Shown: one piece after another, positions 29,193 through 41,585 of the stretch | Layout of the letters: each line of letters opens with the position of its first letter | Numbering within the stretch: position 1 is the stretch's first letter | Origin: an uncultured Candidatus Rokubacteria bacterium | Lineage (GTDB): Bacteria; Methylomirabilota; Methylomirabilia; Rokubacteriales; DASRDR01 | NCBI GenBank assembly: GCA_963708025.1 | Contig: CAVPSB010000031.1 | Location: forward strand, 320,001 to 384,000 | Reading direction: 5' to 3' | Length of the DNA stretch: 64,000 nucleotides | Notes under the pieces: generated by a model | The model's database searches: none | What the model was told of the DNA's origin: nothing | The model's input: only the letters and a program-made list of their open reading frames with translations | Position numbers and translations under genes: made by a program

Positions 29193-29863
29193 CCGCCAGC
29201 CCGCGGCCGCCGCTCGACCTGTACGTGATCCTCGACCCGACGGTCGCGGGGGGTCGGGACCTGGTCGCTCTCGCCGACGCCGTGCTCGCCGCGGGCGTCC
29301 GGTGGCTCCAGCTCCGCGACAAGGACGCGACCACGCGCGACCTGGCGGCCCTGGCCCGTCGGCTCCTGGCGCGTGCTCGCACCGCCGGTGGAGTGCTCAT
29401 CGTCAACGACCGGCTGGACGTGGCCCTGGCGGTCGGGGCCCACGGGGTGCACCTCGGTCAGGACGACCTGCCCGCGGCCGACGCTCGCCGGCTGGCCCCG
29501 GGGCTGGTGATCGGCGTCTCCACCCACAGCGTGGAGCAGGCACGTCAGGCCGGGGGAGACGGCGCCGACTACGTCGCCCTGGGCTCGATCTACCCGACGG
29601 GCACCAAGCCCCGCTTCGAGCTGGTCGGCGTGGAGGCCCTGCGGCGGGTTCGCCCCCACGTGCGAGGGCCGCTCGTGGCCATCGGGGGGATCACCGCCGA
29701 GCGCGTGCCCGAGCTGCTGGCGGCGGGCGCCGACGGGGTGGCGGTCATCTCCGCCGTCGGGGCCGCCCGCGATCCCGGCGCCGCGGCCGCGGCGTTCCTG
29801 ACAGCCTTCCGGGTCTCCCGGGTGCCACCCAACGAGAATGGGGCCGGGTCCGTCCAGCCCTGA
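29189..29863 (+). CDS. thiE: thiamine-phosphate synthase
   Basis: QLRDK, IVNDRLD, GVHLGQDD, GVSTH, T.TK, VAIGGI. Confidence 0.95.
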   Translation: MTASPRPPLDLYVILDPTVAGGRDLVALADAVLAAGVRWLQLRDKDATTRDLAALARRLLARARTAGGVLIVNDRLDVALAVGAHGVHLGQDDLPAADARRLAPGLVIGVSTHSVEQARQAGGDGADYVALGSIYPTGTKPRFELVGVEALRRVRPHVRGPLVAIGGITAERVPELLAAGADGVAVISAVGAARDPGAAAAAFLTAFRVSRVPPNENGAGSVQP

Positions 29864-29917
29864 TACCCTGAGAGGCCACCGCGGGTAGCCTCCCGAACCC
29901 GCGGTCAGGAGGCTCAC

Positions 29918-30331
29918 ATGAGACTGGCACTCGGGCTGGTCGTCGTCCTCGCGGTCACGCTCGCGGAAGCCGCACCGCTGCAGGCCCAGTCGCTCGACCC
30001 GGCGTCCGCCGCGGCTCTGGCCGCGACGCTCCGACTCCTCCAGGATCCCGGGCAGCGGGGCCCGGCGATCGCCGGCAATCCGCAGGCCGCCGCCGTCGAC
30101 AAGCAGATGCAAGCGGTGCTCGGCTCCCCCGAGCTGCAACAGGAGTTCTACACGCTCGCCGCCGACGTCTTCGCCGAGCTGGCCCAGAGCGTCGGGGGTG
30201 ACGTGGGCAAGATGACCCAGGCTCTCGAGGCCGGGCGGGCCGATCCCGCGGGGTTCGCGGCGACGTTGAGCCCGCGGACGCTCGAGCGCTTGCGCGCGCT
30301 CTCCAGCAAGATCGCCGACCGCATGCGCTGA
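29918..30331 (+). CDS. secreted hypothetical protein
   Basis: GGAGG RBS, signal peptide, helical protein with genome-like codon usage. Confidence 0.65.
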   Translation: MRLALGLVVVLAVTLAEAAPLQAQSLDPASAAALAATLRLLQDPGQRGPAIAGNPQAAAVDKQMQAVLGSPELQQEFYTLAADVFAELAQSVGGDVGKMTQALEAGRADPAGFAATLSPRTLERLRALSSKIADRMR

Positions 30332-30335
30332 AGAT

Positions 30336-30427
30336 CTTCGGGGGGGTCTCGGAAGACCCCCCCGATCCCCCCCTCGGAGGCCGCGGCGAAGCCGCGGCTC
30401 GAAGCGGAACACCAGGGCCGCGCGGCC
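30336..30427 (-). repeat. family A palindromic repeat, copy 3 (inverted)
   Basis: CGGGGGGGTCTCGGAAGACCCCCCCGAT..GCCGCGGCGAAGCCGCGGCTCGAAG is the reverse complement of copies 1 and 4. Confidence 0.85.
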
Positions 30428-30539
30428 GAACCCGAGGGCAGCGAGAAACCGACGGGCCGCGAAGGGGGAACCGACAGGCGGGAGGGCGAGGGTGGCGGTT
30501 CTTCACCGGCGGGGCTGATCGGCGGTGCACCGAAGTGAT

Positions 30540-30960
30540 GGCGCCCGCGCCGTCGCCTCGGCGAGCGGGGATCCGGATGCGGAGGCGCGTGTCCCGGGCC
30601 GTCACCGCGAAGACGTGGTAGCCGCGCGGGTCCCGCACGTGGGTGAGGCTGGGGGCGACTGGAAAGGCTTCGGCCACGCAGCCGGCCGGCATGGCGAAGC
30701 TGATGCCCTGGAGGCCCTCCGGTTGGACAGCGCCACCACCAGCTCACCCCCGTCGCGCGAGAACGAGTACTCGGTCTTGACGAACCGGTCCACGAAGTCG
30801 GCAAAGTACGCCATGGTCTCGACCGTGAGGGCTCCCGCCTGCTCCAGCTCCTCGGCGCGGTCCACGAAGCGTCGGAAGGCCTCCCGCGAGGACGGGTTCA
30901 GCATGTCGTAGGACCTCAGCCGGATGGTCCGCTCGGCCACGATGTAGTCGAGGTCGACCC
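30540..30960 (-). pseudogene. frameshifted gene remnant of unknown function
   Basis: protein-like text ..ELVVALSN continues as EGLQGISFAMPAG.. in another frame near 30720; no clean start or stop. Confidence 0.45.
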
Positions 30961-31129
30961 GAGCGCGGGGCTCCGGCTTGACAGCTTCCGAGGCCCCGGC
31001 CGATAATGGCGACCAATTCCGGTGCCATCCGGGAACGCGGTCACCCCCAAGGAGACGGGTGGTGAGGGCGCGTTCGAGTCGGATGGCCATGAATTTCCTA
31101 CCTCGTTCCCCTCGGAAAGGAGCGTGTCG

Positions 31130-32314
31130 ATGCGCGGAAAGCTCGTACGGATGGTCTCCCTCCTGGCCGTCCTGGCCCTGGTGCTGCCCCTCGCCGCGGA
31201 GGCGCAGGGCAAGGGCACCATCAAGATCGCGACCCAGAGCCCGCTGTCCGGCTCGCTGGCGGCCCTCGGTGAAGGCATCAAGCTCGGCACCCAGCTGGCG
31301 GTCGAGAAGTTCAAGGGCCCCGTCGAGAAGGCCGGCTTCAAGGTGGAGCTGGTGCCGTTCGACGACCAGGCCAAGCCTGACGTGGGCGTCGCCAACGCCA
31401 AGAACATCATCAACGACAAGGACATCCTGGTGGTGATCGGCCACCTGAACTCCGGCGTCGCCATCCCGTCGTCCGAGGTCTACAAGGAAGTCAGCCTGGT
31501 GATGATCTCGCCCGCCAACACCAACCCGCTCATCACGGACCGCATGCTGCCCAACGTGAACCGCGTGTGCGGGCGGGATGACGTGCAAGGCGCGGTGGGA
31601 GCCGAGTTCGCGCGCGACGTCCTCAAGGTGAAGAGCGTCTACATCGTCCACAACAAGAACCAGTACGGGCAGGGCATCGCCGAGTTCTTCCAGGAGACCT
31701 CCAAGAAGGCCGGCGTGGCGGTGATGGGCTTCGAGGGGACGGAGGAGCAGGCCAACTTCGACCCGATCCTGACGCCCATCAAGGCCAAGAACCCCGACCT
31801 GATCTACTTCGGCGGCGAGTATCCGCAGGCCGCCCCGATGTTCCGGCAGGCCCGGGAGAAGGGCATCAAGGCCAAGTTCATGGGGCCGGACGGCCTGGAC
31901 TCGACGGAGCTGCTCAAGCTGGGCGGCGACGCGCTGATGGGGATGCACTTCACCACCGTGGCCGGCGGCGTGAACGAGTACCCGAAGGCCAAGGAGTTCG
32001 CCGACGAGTACAAGAAGAAGTTCGGCAAGGATCCCGAGCCGTTCGCGGCCCAGGCCTACGACGCCACGGCGATCGGGCTCCGGGCGCTGGAGGCGGCGAT
32101 CAAGGAGGCCGGCGGCAAGGCGCCGACCCGTGAGGCCGTCAGCAAGGCGACCCGCAAGGTCAAGTACAACGGGATCACGGGCAACGTCGAGTTCGACGAC
32201 AAGGGCGACCCCAAGAAGGCGACCTATCTGATCTACCAGGTGGGCAAGGAGTGGAAGGACAACAAGCTCGTCAAGCGTCTCGAGATCGCGGCGCCGGCGG
32301 CCAAGAAGCAGTAG
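31130..32314 (+). CDS. livK: branched-chain amino acid ABC substrate-binding protein
   Basis: signal peptide, PLSG, DDQAKP, GHLNSG, YGQGIA. Confidence 0.93.
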   Translation: MRGKLVRMVSLLAVLALVLPLAAEAQGKGTIKIATQSPLSGSLAALGEGIKLGTQLAVEKFKGPVEKAGFKVELVPFDDQAKPDVGVANAKNIINDKDILVVIGHLNSGVAIPSSEVYKEVSLVMISPANTNPLITDRMLPNVNRVCGRDDVQGAVGAEFARDVLKVKSVYIVHNKNQYGQGIAEFFQETSKKAGVAVMGFEGTEEQANFDPILTPIKAKNPDLIYFGGEYPQAAPMFRQAREKGIKAKFMGPDGLDSTELLKLGGDALMGMHFTTVAGGVNEYPKAKEFADEYKKKFGKDPEPFAAQAYDATAIGLRALEAAIKEAGGKAPTREAVSKATRKVKYNGITGNVEFDDKGDPKKATYLIYQVGKEWKDNKLVKRLEIAAPAAKKQ

Positions 32315-32337
32315 CCGGCCGCCGGATGTCCTCGCAC

Positions 32338-32374
32338 GGGGAGGGGCCCTGGTGGCCCCTCCCCATCCGTTTTT
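32338..32374 (+). terminator. hairpin after livK (partial terminator/stabiliser)
   Basis: GGGGAGGGGCC..GGCCCCTCCCC followed by a short T-run. Confidence 0.55.
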
Positions 32375-32402
32375 CCTCCCGGTGTGATCCTCCCTCGAGC
32401 TG

Positions 32403-33374
32403 ATGGACTGGCAGCTCGTCTTCGGCATCCTGCCCCAGGTCGTCATGGACGGCCTGGTGCTCGGCTTCATGTACGCGCTCATCGCCCTCGGCTACACGAT
32501 GGTCTACGGCGTGCTGGAGCTGATCAACTTCGCCCACAGTGAGATCTTCATGGTGGGGGCCTTCGTGGGGGTCGAGATCCTCCTCATGCTGAAGGCGGGT
32601 GGCGTGCTCGACCCCCTCAGCCCCTTCCTGGTCCTCCTGCTGATCGTGCTGACCGGCATGACGGTCTCCGGCTTGCTGGCGGTGGCGATCGAGCGGGTGG
32701 CCTACCGCCCGCTGCGCGGCGCCCCCCGGCTGATCCCGCTCATCTCGGCCATCGGCGTCTCGTTCTTCCTGCAGGACGCGGTCCGGCTCTTCGAGAGCCT
32801 CTGGCGCAACGCCTTCTACCTGACCTACCCCTCGTTCGCCCTCTTCAACAAGCGGATCGAGCTGGGAGAGACCGTCGATTTCTCCGTGAAGTCGATCCTG
32901 GTGGTGCTGGCCTCGCTGCTGATGCTCGTCGCCCTCCAGTTCCTCGTCAATCGCACCAAGCTCGGCAAGGCCATCCGGGCGGTCGCCGAGGACCAGCCGA
33001 CGGCCAGCCTCATGGGCATCAACGTCAACCGCATCATCTCGCTGACGTTCCTGATCGGTGGCGCCATGGGGGGCGCCGCCGGCGTCCTCTTCGGCATCCA
33101 GTACAACACCGTCAACCCGTTCACCGGCTTCATCCCCGGCATCAAGGCGTTCACGGCCGCCGTGCTCGGCGGGATCGGGAACATTCCGGGGGCGATGGTG
33201 GGGGGGCTGGTCCTGGGGCTCCTGGAAGCGTTCGCCGCCTCCTACCTCTCGCTGTTCACGGGCGGCGCCTTCGGGGCCGAGTACAAGGACATCTTCGCCT
33301 TCTCGATCCTGATCCTCATCCTGATCTTCCGGCCCCGGGGCTTGCTGGGCGAGGTCGTGAGGGAGCGCGCTTAG
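32403..33374 (+). CDS. livH: branched-chain amino acid ABC permease
   Basis: ALGYTMVYGVLELINFAH, KAFTAAVLGGIG. Confidence 0.95.
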   Translation: MDWQLVFGILPQVVMDGLVLGFMYALIALGYTMVYGVLELINFAHSEIFMVGAFVGVEILLMLKAGGVLDPLSPFLVLLLIVLTGMTVSGLLAVAIERVAYRPLRGAPRLIPLISAIGVSFFLQDAVRLFESLWRNAFYLTYPSFALFNKRIELGETVDFSVKSILVVLASLLMLVALQFLVNRTKLGKAIRAVAEDQPTASLMGINVNRIISLTFLIGGAMGGAAGVLFGIQYNTVNPFTGFIPGIKAFTAAVLGGIGNIPGAMVGGLVLGLLEAFAASYLSLFTGGAFGAEYKDIFAFSILILILIFRPRGLLGEVVRERA

Positions 33375-33377
33375 GCC

Positions 33378-34663
<1,286 letters not shown>

Positions 34664-34667
<4 letters not shown>

Positions 34668-35461
34668 GCGGCCCGGTGCTGCTCGAGGCCCGGCGCGTCA
34701 CCAAGCGGTTCGGCGGGCTGGTGGCGGTGAACGCCGTCGACTTCACCCTCCAGGCGGGCATGATCGCCAGCGTCATCGGCCCCAACGGGGCGGGCAAGAC
34801 GACGCTCTTCAACGTCTTCACGGGGCTCTACCAGCCGGACGACGGCGACGTCCTGGTCCAGGGCCGGTCGGTCGTCGGCTTCACCCCCGACCGGATCACC
34901 GCGCTCGGCGTCTGCCGCACCTTCCAGAACATCCGGCTGTTCAAGAACATGACCGTGGTCGAGAACGCCCTGGTCGGGATGCACACCCGGATCCCCCTCC
35001 GCTTGTGGGACGTCCTGGCCCGGACGCCGGCCTTCGGACGCCGGGAGGGGCAGGCCGTGCGGCGCACCCTGGAGCTGCTGGCCGTGGTGGGCCTGCGGGG
35101 CAAGGAGGACGTCCTCGCCCGCAACCTGCCCTACGGCGACCAGCGCCGGCTCGAGATCGTGCGGGCCCTGGCCGCCGAGCCCAAGGTCCTGCTCCTCGAC
35201 GAGCCGACGGCGGGGATGACCCAGGGGGAGGCCCAGAGCCTGATGGCCTTCCTCCGCCAGATCATCCGGGAGTTCGGGGTGACGATCCTCCTCATCGAGC
35301 ACAACATGCGGGTGGTCATGGGGGTCTCGGACCGGGTCACCGTCCTCGACTACGGCGAGAAGATCGCCGAGGGCCGGCCGGTGGAGGTGCAGAAGGACCC
35401 CCGGGTCGTCGAGGCGTATCTGGGGCGGGGGCGGGCCGGCGGCCAGGCCGCCGCCCCCTGA
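34664..35461 (+). CDS. livG: branched-chain amino acid ABC ATPase
   Basis: FGGLVAV, GPNGAGKT, LPYGDQRRLEI, LLDEP, EAYLG. Confidence 0.95.
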
Positions 35462-35467
35462 GCGGCC

Positions 35468-36175
35468 ATGCTGCGCATCGCCGACCTCCACGTCTACTAC
35501 GGGGAGATCCATGCCCTGAAGGGCGCGTCGCTCGCCGTCAACACGGGGGAGATCGTCGCGCTCCTCGGCCCCAACGGGGCCGGGAAGACGACGACGCTGA
35601 AGACGATCTCGGGTCTCCTCACGCCCCGGACGGGGGCCATCACGCTGGAGGGGGAGAGCCTGGTCGGGGTCCCTTCCCACGAGGTCGTCCACCGGGGGAT
35701 CGCCCACGTGCCGGAGGGGCGGAAGATCTTCAACCGGCTGACGGTGGCCGAGAACCTGGATCTGGGGGCCTACATCCGCTCCGACGGCGGGATCCGTCAG
35801 GATATGGAGAGGGTGTTCACCCTGTTCCCCCGCCTCAGCGAGCGCCGGAGCCAGGTGGCGGGGACGCTGTCGGGCGGCGAGCAGCAGATGCTCGCCATCG
35901 GGCGGGCCCTGATGGCCCGGCCGCGCCTGCTCCTGCTGGACGAGCCGTCGATGGGGCTGGCCCCGGTCCTGGTCGAGCAGATCTTCGAGACCGTCCAGGA
36001 CATCAACCGCCAGGGGACCCCCATCCTGCTGGTCGAGCAGAACGCCGCCATGGCGCTGACCATCGCCCACCGCGGCTACGTGCTGGAAACCGGCAGCATC
36101 GTCCTCGAAGGGCCGGCCCGGACCCTGGCCGGGGACGCGGAGATCCGCCGGGCCTACCTCGGGGAGGGCGCCTGA
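35468..36175 (+). CDS. livF: branched-chain amino acid ABC ATPase
   Basis: GPNGAGKT, LSGGEQQM, DEPSMGLAP. Confidence 0.95.
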   Translation: MLRIADLHVYYGEIHALKGASLAVNTGEIVALLGPNGAGKTTTLKTISGLLTPRTGAITLEGESLVGVPSHEVVHRGIAHVPEGRKIFNRLTVAENLDLGAYIRSDGGIRQDMERVFTLFPRLSERRSQVAGTLSGGEQQMLAIGRALMARPRLLLLDEPSMGLAPVLVEQIFETVQDINRQGTPILLVEQNAAMALTIAHRGYVLETGSIVLEGPARTLAGDAEIRRAYLGEGA

Positions 36176-36192
36176 CGGGGGGTGACGCGCCC

Positions 36193-36221
36193 TTGACACT
36201 GCCGGGGGTGCATAGTAGCGT
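36193..36221 (+). promoter_or_regulatory. sigma-70 promoter candidate for second liv cluster
   Basis: TTGACA-N17-TAGCGT. Confidence 0.5.
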
Positions 36222-36384
36222 ACCGACCACCCCAATGTCCGGGAACGTGTCTCGGCTTCGGCTCTGTCACGGGCAACTTGCCAAAGAGGGCGTCGAACAG
36301 GGGATGATTCCGCCCCGAAGGGCTCGGATGCCCGGGTTGCTGTGAGCGTGTGTCCATCCTGATCTGACCCAGAAGGAGGAGACC

Positions 36385-37653
36385 ATGCGAGGTTGGAAGT
36401 GGCTCGGGATCGCGTGTCTGGCCTTGCTGGTGGTCGCGCTGGCGTCGCCGGCGGACGCCCAGCAGTGCCCGAAGGGGAAGCTCCGCATCTACACCTCGTG
36501 GCCGATGCAGGGCGCGATGATCCCTGAAGGCACCGGGATGAAGAACGGCGTGGACCTGGCCGTGGCCGAGGCCGGCGGGGTGGTGGCCGGCTACTGCCTG
36601 GAGGTCGTCAACCTCGACGACGCCTCGCCGCAGACCGGCAAGTGGGACGGTGCGGTCGAGGCCGAGAACGCCAACAAGGCCGTCGGCGATCCGCTCGCCA
36701 TCGTCTACATCGGCACCTACAACTCGGGCGCCGCCAAGGTGTCGGCCTCGATTACCAACCGGGCCCGCATGGCCCAGATCTCGCCGGCCAACACCTATCC
36801 GGGGCTCACCAAGAAGCGGGGGGCCGCGCCCGGCGAGCCCGAGATCTACCGACCGGGCGGCTTCGTGAACTACTTCCGCGTCGTGCCCGCGGACGACATC
36901 CAGGGCGCGGTGGGCGCGAAGTGGGCGAAGCAGCGGGGGGCCAAGAAGGTCTACATCCTGAACGACCAGGAGCTGTACGGGAAGGGGATCGCCGACGTCT
37001 TCGAGGCGACGGCCAAGAAGATCGGGCTCCAGGTGGCGGCGAACGAGGGCATCGACTGGAAGCAGCCCGACCAGAAGCCCGTCCTCACCAAGATCCGTGC
37101 CTCCGGCGCCGACCTGGTGTACCAGGGCGCCGTCATCGAGACGGGCGCCCAGCTGGTCATCCGCCAGATGAAGGACCTCGGCCTGGTCGCGGCCCGCGGC
37201 GTGCGGTACATGGGGCCGGACGGCCTGTACGAGGAGGAGCTGCTGAAGGCCGCCACCTGCGACGCGGTCATGGGGGTGGACTTCCGGATGACCTTCGCCA
37301 GCCTTCCCTTCGAGAAGATGAAGGGGATCGGCGAGAAGACCTACACGGGCTACAAGCAGAAGTACGGCAAGGAGCCGACGGCGTACGCGCTCTACTCCGT
37401 CGAGGCCGGCCGCGTGGCCATCGACGGCATCCGGCGCGCCGCGGCCCAGCTCGACAAGGCCAAGGACATCACCGAGAAGCGCGAGGCCGTCCGCCAGGCG
37501 ATCGCGAACACGAAGAACATGGACGGCCTCAACGGCAAGTTCAGCCTCGACGAGAACGGCGACACCACGGTGGAAACCATGTCCGGCTTCAAGGTGGTCA
37601 AGGCCGACGGCCCGATCGGCTGCAAGTTCGAGTTCGAGTCCATCCTCGAGTAG
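36385..37653 (+). CDS. livK: branched-chain amino acid ABC substrate-binding protein (second)
   Basis: signal peptide, GTYNSG, ISPANT, YGKGIAD; AAGGAGG RBS. Confidence 0.92.
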   Translation: MRGWKWLGIACLALLVVALASPADAQQCPKGKLRIYTSWPMQGAMIPEGTGMKNGVDLAVAEAGGVVAGYCLEVVNLDDASPQTGKWDGAVEAENANKAVGDPLAIVYIGTYNSGAAKVSASITNRARMAQISPANTYPGLTKKRGAAPGEPEIYRPGGFVNYFRVVPADDIQGAVGAKWAKQRGAKKVYILNDQELYGKGIADVFEATAKKIGLQVAANEGIDWKQPDQKPVLTKIRASGADLVYQGAVIETGAQLVIRQMKDLGLVAARGVRYMGPDGLYEEELLKAATCDAVMGVDFRMTFASLPFEKMKGIGEKTYTGYKQKYGKEPTAYALYSVEAGRVAIDGIRRAAAQLDKAKDITEKREAVRQAIANTKNMDGLNGKFSLDENGDTTVETMSGFKVVKADGPIGCKFEFESILE

Positions 37654-37712
37654 GCACAACCCCGGGGGAGGGCCGGAACCCCGGCCCTCCCCCGCATCCC
37701 TCCCGCCCTCCC

Positions 37713-38651
37713 ATGGAGTGGTACGAAGTCCTCGTCCAGCAGACCATCAACGGTCTGACGCGCGGTTCCGTGTTTGCTCTCGTCGCCCTCGGCTACACGA
37801 TGGTCTACGGGATCATCGAGCTGATCAACTTCGCCCACGGCGACGTGTTCATGCTGGGCCTGTTCATCTCGTTGAGCTACTTCGCCCTCATCGGGATGGC
37901 CAAAACCCTGTCCGGGTGGCAGCTCGTGACGATTCTGCCCTTGATCTTCCTGGCCACCATGGTCACCACCGGGCTGATCAACGTCACCATCGACCGCCTG
38001 GCCTACCGCCCCCTCCGCCGCTCGACCCGCCTGGCGCCGCTGATCACGGCCATCGGCGTGTCCTTCATGCTGGAGAACATCGCCCTCCTGTGGGTCGGCC
38101 CGGCGCCGGTCTCGTACCCCGAGATCTTCCCCTCCGTGGACATCCTGTACGAGTGGCTCGGCTGGAACTCGAAGATCTTCATCACGAGCAAGGATCTCCT
38201 GGTGATCGTGGTCACGATTCCGCTCATGGTGGCGCTCCAGCGCTTCATCACCCGGACGACCTGGGGCAAGGCCATGCGCGCCACCGCGCAGGATCGGGAG
38301 ACCGCCCAGGCGATGGGCATCAACGTCGAGCGGATGATCATCCTGACCTTCTTCATCGGCGGGGCGCTGGCGGGGGCGGCTGGACTGATCCAGGGGATGT
38401 ACTACAACATGGGCCAGTGGTGGGTCGGCTACCAGGCCGGCCTCCGCGCCTTCACGGCGGCGGTCCTGGGCGGGATCGGGAACATGCCCGGGGCGGCGCT
38501 CGGCGGCCTGCTGATCGGCTTCCTGTCGGCGTGGAGCGACCAGTACATCTCCGCCCGGTGGACGAACGCGGTCGTCTTCTCGATCCTCATCCTCGTCCTG
38601 GTCTTCCGGCCGCACGGCCTGCTAGGCGAGCGGACCCCCGAGAAGCTGTGA
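37713..38651 (+). CDS. livH: ABC permease LivH (second)
   Basis: ALGYTMVYGIIELINFAHG. Confidence 0.94.
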   Translation: MEWYEVLVQQTINGLTRGSVFALVALGYTMVYGIIELINFAHGDVFMLGLFISLSYFALIGMAKTLSGWQLVTILPLIFLATMVTTGLINVTIDRLAYRPLRRSTRLAPLITAIGVSFMLENIALLWVGPAPVSYPEIFPSVDILYEWLGWNSKIFITSKDLLVIVVTIPLMVALQRFITRTTWGKAMRATAQDRETAQAMGINVERMIILTFFIGGALAGAAGLIQGMYYNMGQWWVGYQAGLRAFTAAVLGGIGNMPGAALGGLLIGFLSAWSDQYISARWTNAVVFSILILVLVFRPHGLLGERTPEKL

Positions 38652-38679
38652 GCGCCGACACCCCGGACGGGTGCCCAGC

Positions 38680-40663
38680 ATGAGGGACCAGGGGCGACCG
38701 TACCTGGCGGCGGGCCTGCTGATCGCCGCCCTCGTCGCTCTATCCGTTCGTCGACCACGCCCTCCGCACCCAGACGATTCACGCGGTGTCGGACGGGATG
38801 ATCTACGTCTTGCTGGCCCTCGGCCTGAACATCGTCGTCGGCTACGCGGGGCTGCTCGACCTCGGGTACGCGGCGTTCTTCGCGATCGGCGCCTACGCCA
38901 TGGGGCTCCTGAACTCCCCGCTGCTCGGCTCGCCGTTTTACGGGCACGTCTGGAGCTTCTGGGCCCTCATCTGGGTCTCGGCCGGCGTCTCGGCCCTCCT
39001 CGGCCTGGTGATCGGCGCCCCCACGCTCCGGGTGCGCGGTGACTACCTGGCGATCATCACCCTGGCGTTCGGGGAGATCATCCCGGTGGCGATCCGGAAC
39101 ATGGGGGACGTCACCATCGAGATCGGCGGCTGGCGGCCGATCGAGAAGCTCAACCTGACCGGCGGCGAGAACGGCGTGAACCCCGTCGGCCGGCCCTATC
39201 TCCCCGGCGTCCACTTCGAGTCCGATCCCATTCCCTGGTACTTCCTCATCCTGATCATCGGCGCGGCGTCCCTGTGGGCGATGAACCGGCTGCGGGATTC
39301 GCGGCTCGGCCGGGCCTGGATGGCGATCCGGGAGGACGAGACCGCGGCCGACTGCATGGGCGTGAACCCGATCAAGACCAAGCTGCTGGCCTTCGCCCTC
39401 GGCGCCTCGTTCTCGGGATTCGCCGGATCGTTCTACGCCGCCAAGCTCCAGGCGATCACCCCGGGCGCCTTCGAGTTCAACGTGTCGATCATGCTCCTGT
39501 GCATGGTCGTGCTCGGCGGCATGGGGAGTCTCAAGGGCGTCATCCTCGGCGGGATGCTGATCACGCTCTTCGACCGGATCCTGCTGGCGGAGATGACCTC
39601 CCTGGTCCGCTGGGTCGGGCGCTCGATCGGCTTCACGGCCCTCGCGACGGTGGACCTGACGCTCTGGCGCTGGTTCTTCTTCGGCCTGGGGCTCGTGCTC
39701 GTGATGCTCTACAAGCCCGAGGGACTCGTGGGCCGGCGAGCCCGCCCGCCGAAGGTGGACGTTGACGAGCAGGAGGAGGCGATCGCCCTCGCCGCCGCCC
39801 CCCCATCGGCCCGGGCGGAGGAGATTCCTCCCTGGCTCCGCGACCGCGCCGCTGGCGCGACGTCGGACGGGCGGAGCCCGATCTTCCAGGCTCGCGCGGT
39901 GTCCCGGAGCTTCGGCGGCCTGGTGGCCGTGAACCAGGTGGACCTGATCATCCCCGCGGGCGCGATCGTCGGCCTGATCGGCCCCAACGGCGCCGGCAAG
40001 ACGACGTTCTTCAACCTGGTGACGGGCTTGCTCGCGCCGGACACGGGGGAGATCGTCTTCGACGGGAAGAGCATCGTCGGCCTCCGCCCGAACGCCATCG
40101 TCGCCCGAGGCATCGCCCGGACGTTCCAGTCGATCCGCCTCTTCCAGAACATGTCGGTGCTCGACAACATCCTGGTCGGCGAGCACTGTCGCCTCGACGC
40201 CTCGGTGGCGGGGGCGGTGTTCCGGCCACGGGCGGTGGTCGAGGAGGAGGCGCGGGCCCGGGCCCGGGCCCGCGAGCTCCTGGCCTTCGTCAGCCTCGGC
40301 GGCAAGGAGGACGAGCTGGCCAAGAACCTCGCCTACGGCGACCAGCGCCGGCTCGAGATCGCGCGGGCCCTGGCCACCGAGCCGAAGCTGCTCCTGCTCG
40401 ACGAGCCGACGGCGGGGATGAACCCGCGGGAGACCGAGACCCTGACCGAGTTCATCGGCCTCCTCCGCCGCGAGCTGGGGCTGTCGGTGCTGCTGATCGA
40501 GCACCACATGGAAGTGGTCATGGGCATCTCCGAGCGGATCACCGTCCTCGACTACGGGACGCGGATCGCGGAGGGGACGCCGGCCGAGGTGCAGAAGGAC
40601 CCGAAGGTGATCGAGGCCTATCTGGGCAAGGGCTACGAGGCCGAAGTGGTCCCGACCCGATGA
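38680..40663 (+). CDS. fused LivM permease-LivG ATPase, apparent frameshift near 38737
   Basis: permease motifs followed in frame by GPNGAGKT ATPase; the N-terminal TM (MRDQGRPYLAAGLLIAALV) lies in a different frame from LYPFVDHAL.. Confidence 0.88.
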
Positions 40664-40666
40664 GCA

Positions 40667-40812
40667 GGGACCGGGCCGATACCCTTCGCATCCCGTCGTC
40701 CTTTGGACGGCCTTCGGCCTTGGGGTCGTCGCCGATCCTCGGCGTACTCGGAGTACGCCTGCGGTCGGCGACTCCCTGCGTCCTAGGGCTGCTCGGGTCT
40801 CGGCCCGGTCCC
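40667..40812. repeat. family B structured repeat
   Basis: GGGACCGGGCCGA..TCGGCCCGGTCCC termini; GGCGTACTCGGAGTACGCC core. Confidence 0.85.
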
Positions 40813-40870
40813 AAGCCGGCTCTCCTGTCTTGGCCGATCCGAGGATGGGCCAGTGAGTGCGGGGCCGGCG

Positions 40871-41578
40871 ATGCTCGAGGTCCAGGACGTCCACACCTAC
40901 TACGGCAACATCCGGGCGCTGAAGGGCGTCTCGCTCAGCGTCAATCGCGGCGAGATCGTGACCCTGATCGGCTCCAACGGGGCCGGCAAGACGACGACCC
41001 TCAAGACGGTCATCGGCACCGTGCGCCCGCAGCGCGGCCAGGTCACCTTCAACGGCCAGCGGATCGACGGCGTGTCCACCGACCGGATCGTCCGGCTCGG
41101 GATCGCCCAGTCGCCCGAGGGGCGGCGGATCTTTCCCCGGATGACCGTGATGGAAAACCTGGAGCTGGGCGCCTTCGCCCGCCCGGACCGGGAGCAGATC
41201 CCCCAGGACCTGGAGCGGGTGCTCACGCTGTTCCCGCGGCTCCGCGAGCGGCTCACCCAGAAGGGCGGCACCCTCTCGGGCGGGGAGCAGCAGATGCTGG
41301 CGATGGGGCGGGCGCTCATGGCCCGGCCCATCGTGCTCCTGCTCGACGAGCCGTCGATGGGGCTGTCCCCGATCCTGGTCGAGACGATCTTCCAGATCAT
41401 CCAGGACATCAACCGCCAGGGCACGACCATCCTGCTGGTCGAGCAGAACGCGCGGATGGCCCTCCGGGTGGCGAATCGGGGCTACGTGATCCAGACCGGC
41501 CGGATCGCGCTCCACGACACCGGCGCCAACCTGCTGAAGTCCGACCTGGTCCGGAAGACCTACCTCGGCGAGAAGTAG
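40871..41578 (+). CDS. livF: ABC ATPase LivF (second)
   Basis: GSNGAGKT, LSGGEQQM, DEPSMGL. Confidence 0.94.
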   Translation: MLEVQDVHTYYGNIRALKGVSLSVNRGEIVTLIGSNGAGKTTTLKTVIGTVRPQRGQVTFNGQRIDGVSTDRIVRLGIAQSPEGRRIFPRMTVMENLELGAFARPDREQIPQDLERVLTLFPRLRERLTQKGGTLSGGEQQMLAMGRALMARPIVLLLDEPSMGLSPILVETIFQIIQDINRQGTTILLVEQNARMALRVANRGYVIQTGRIALHDTGANLLKSDLVRKTYLGEK

Positions 41579-41585
41579 CGCGGCC

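Noticed and set aside
29864-29917. TPP riboswitch near thiE
   Set aside because: CTGAGA is present but lies downstream of thiE and the other conserved elements are missing.
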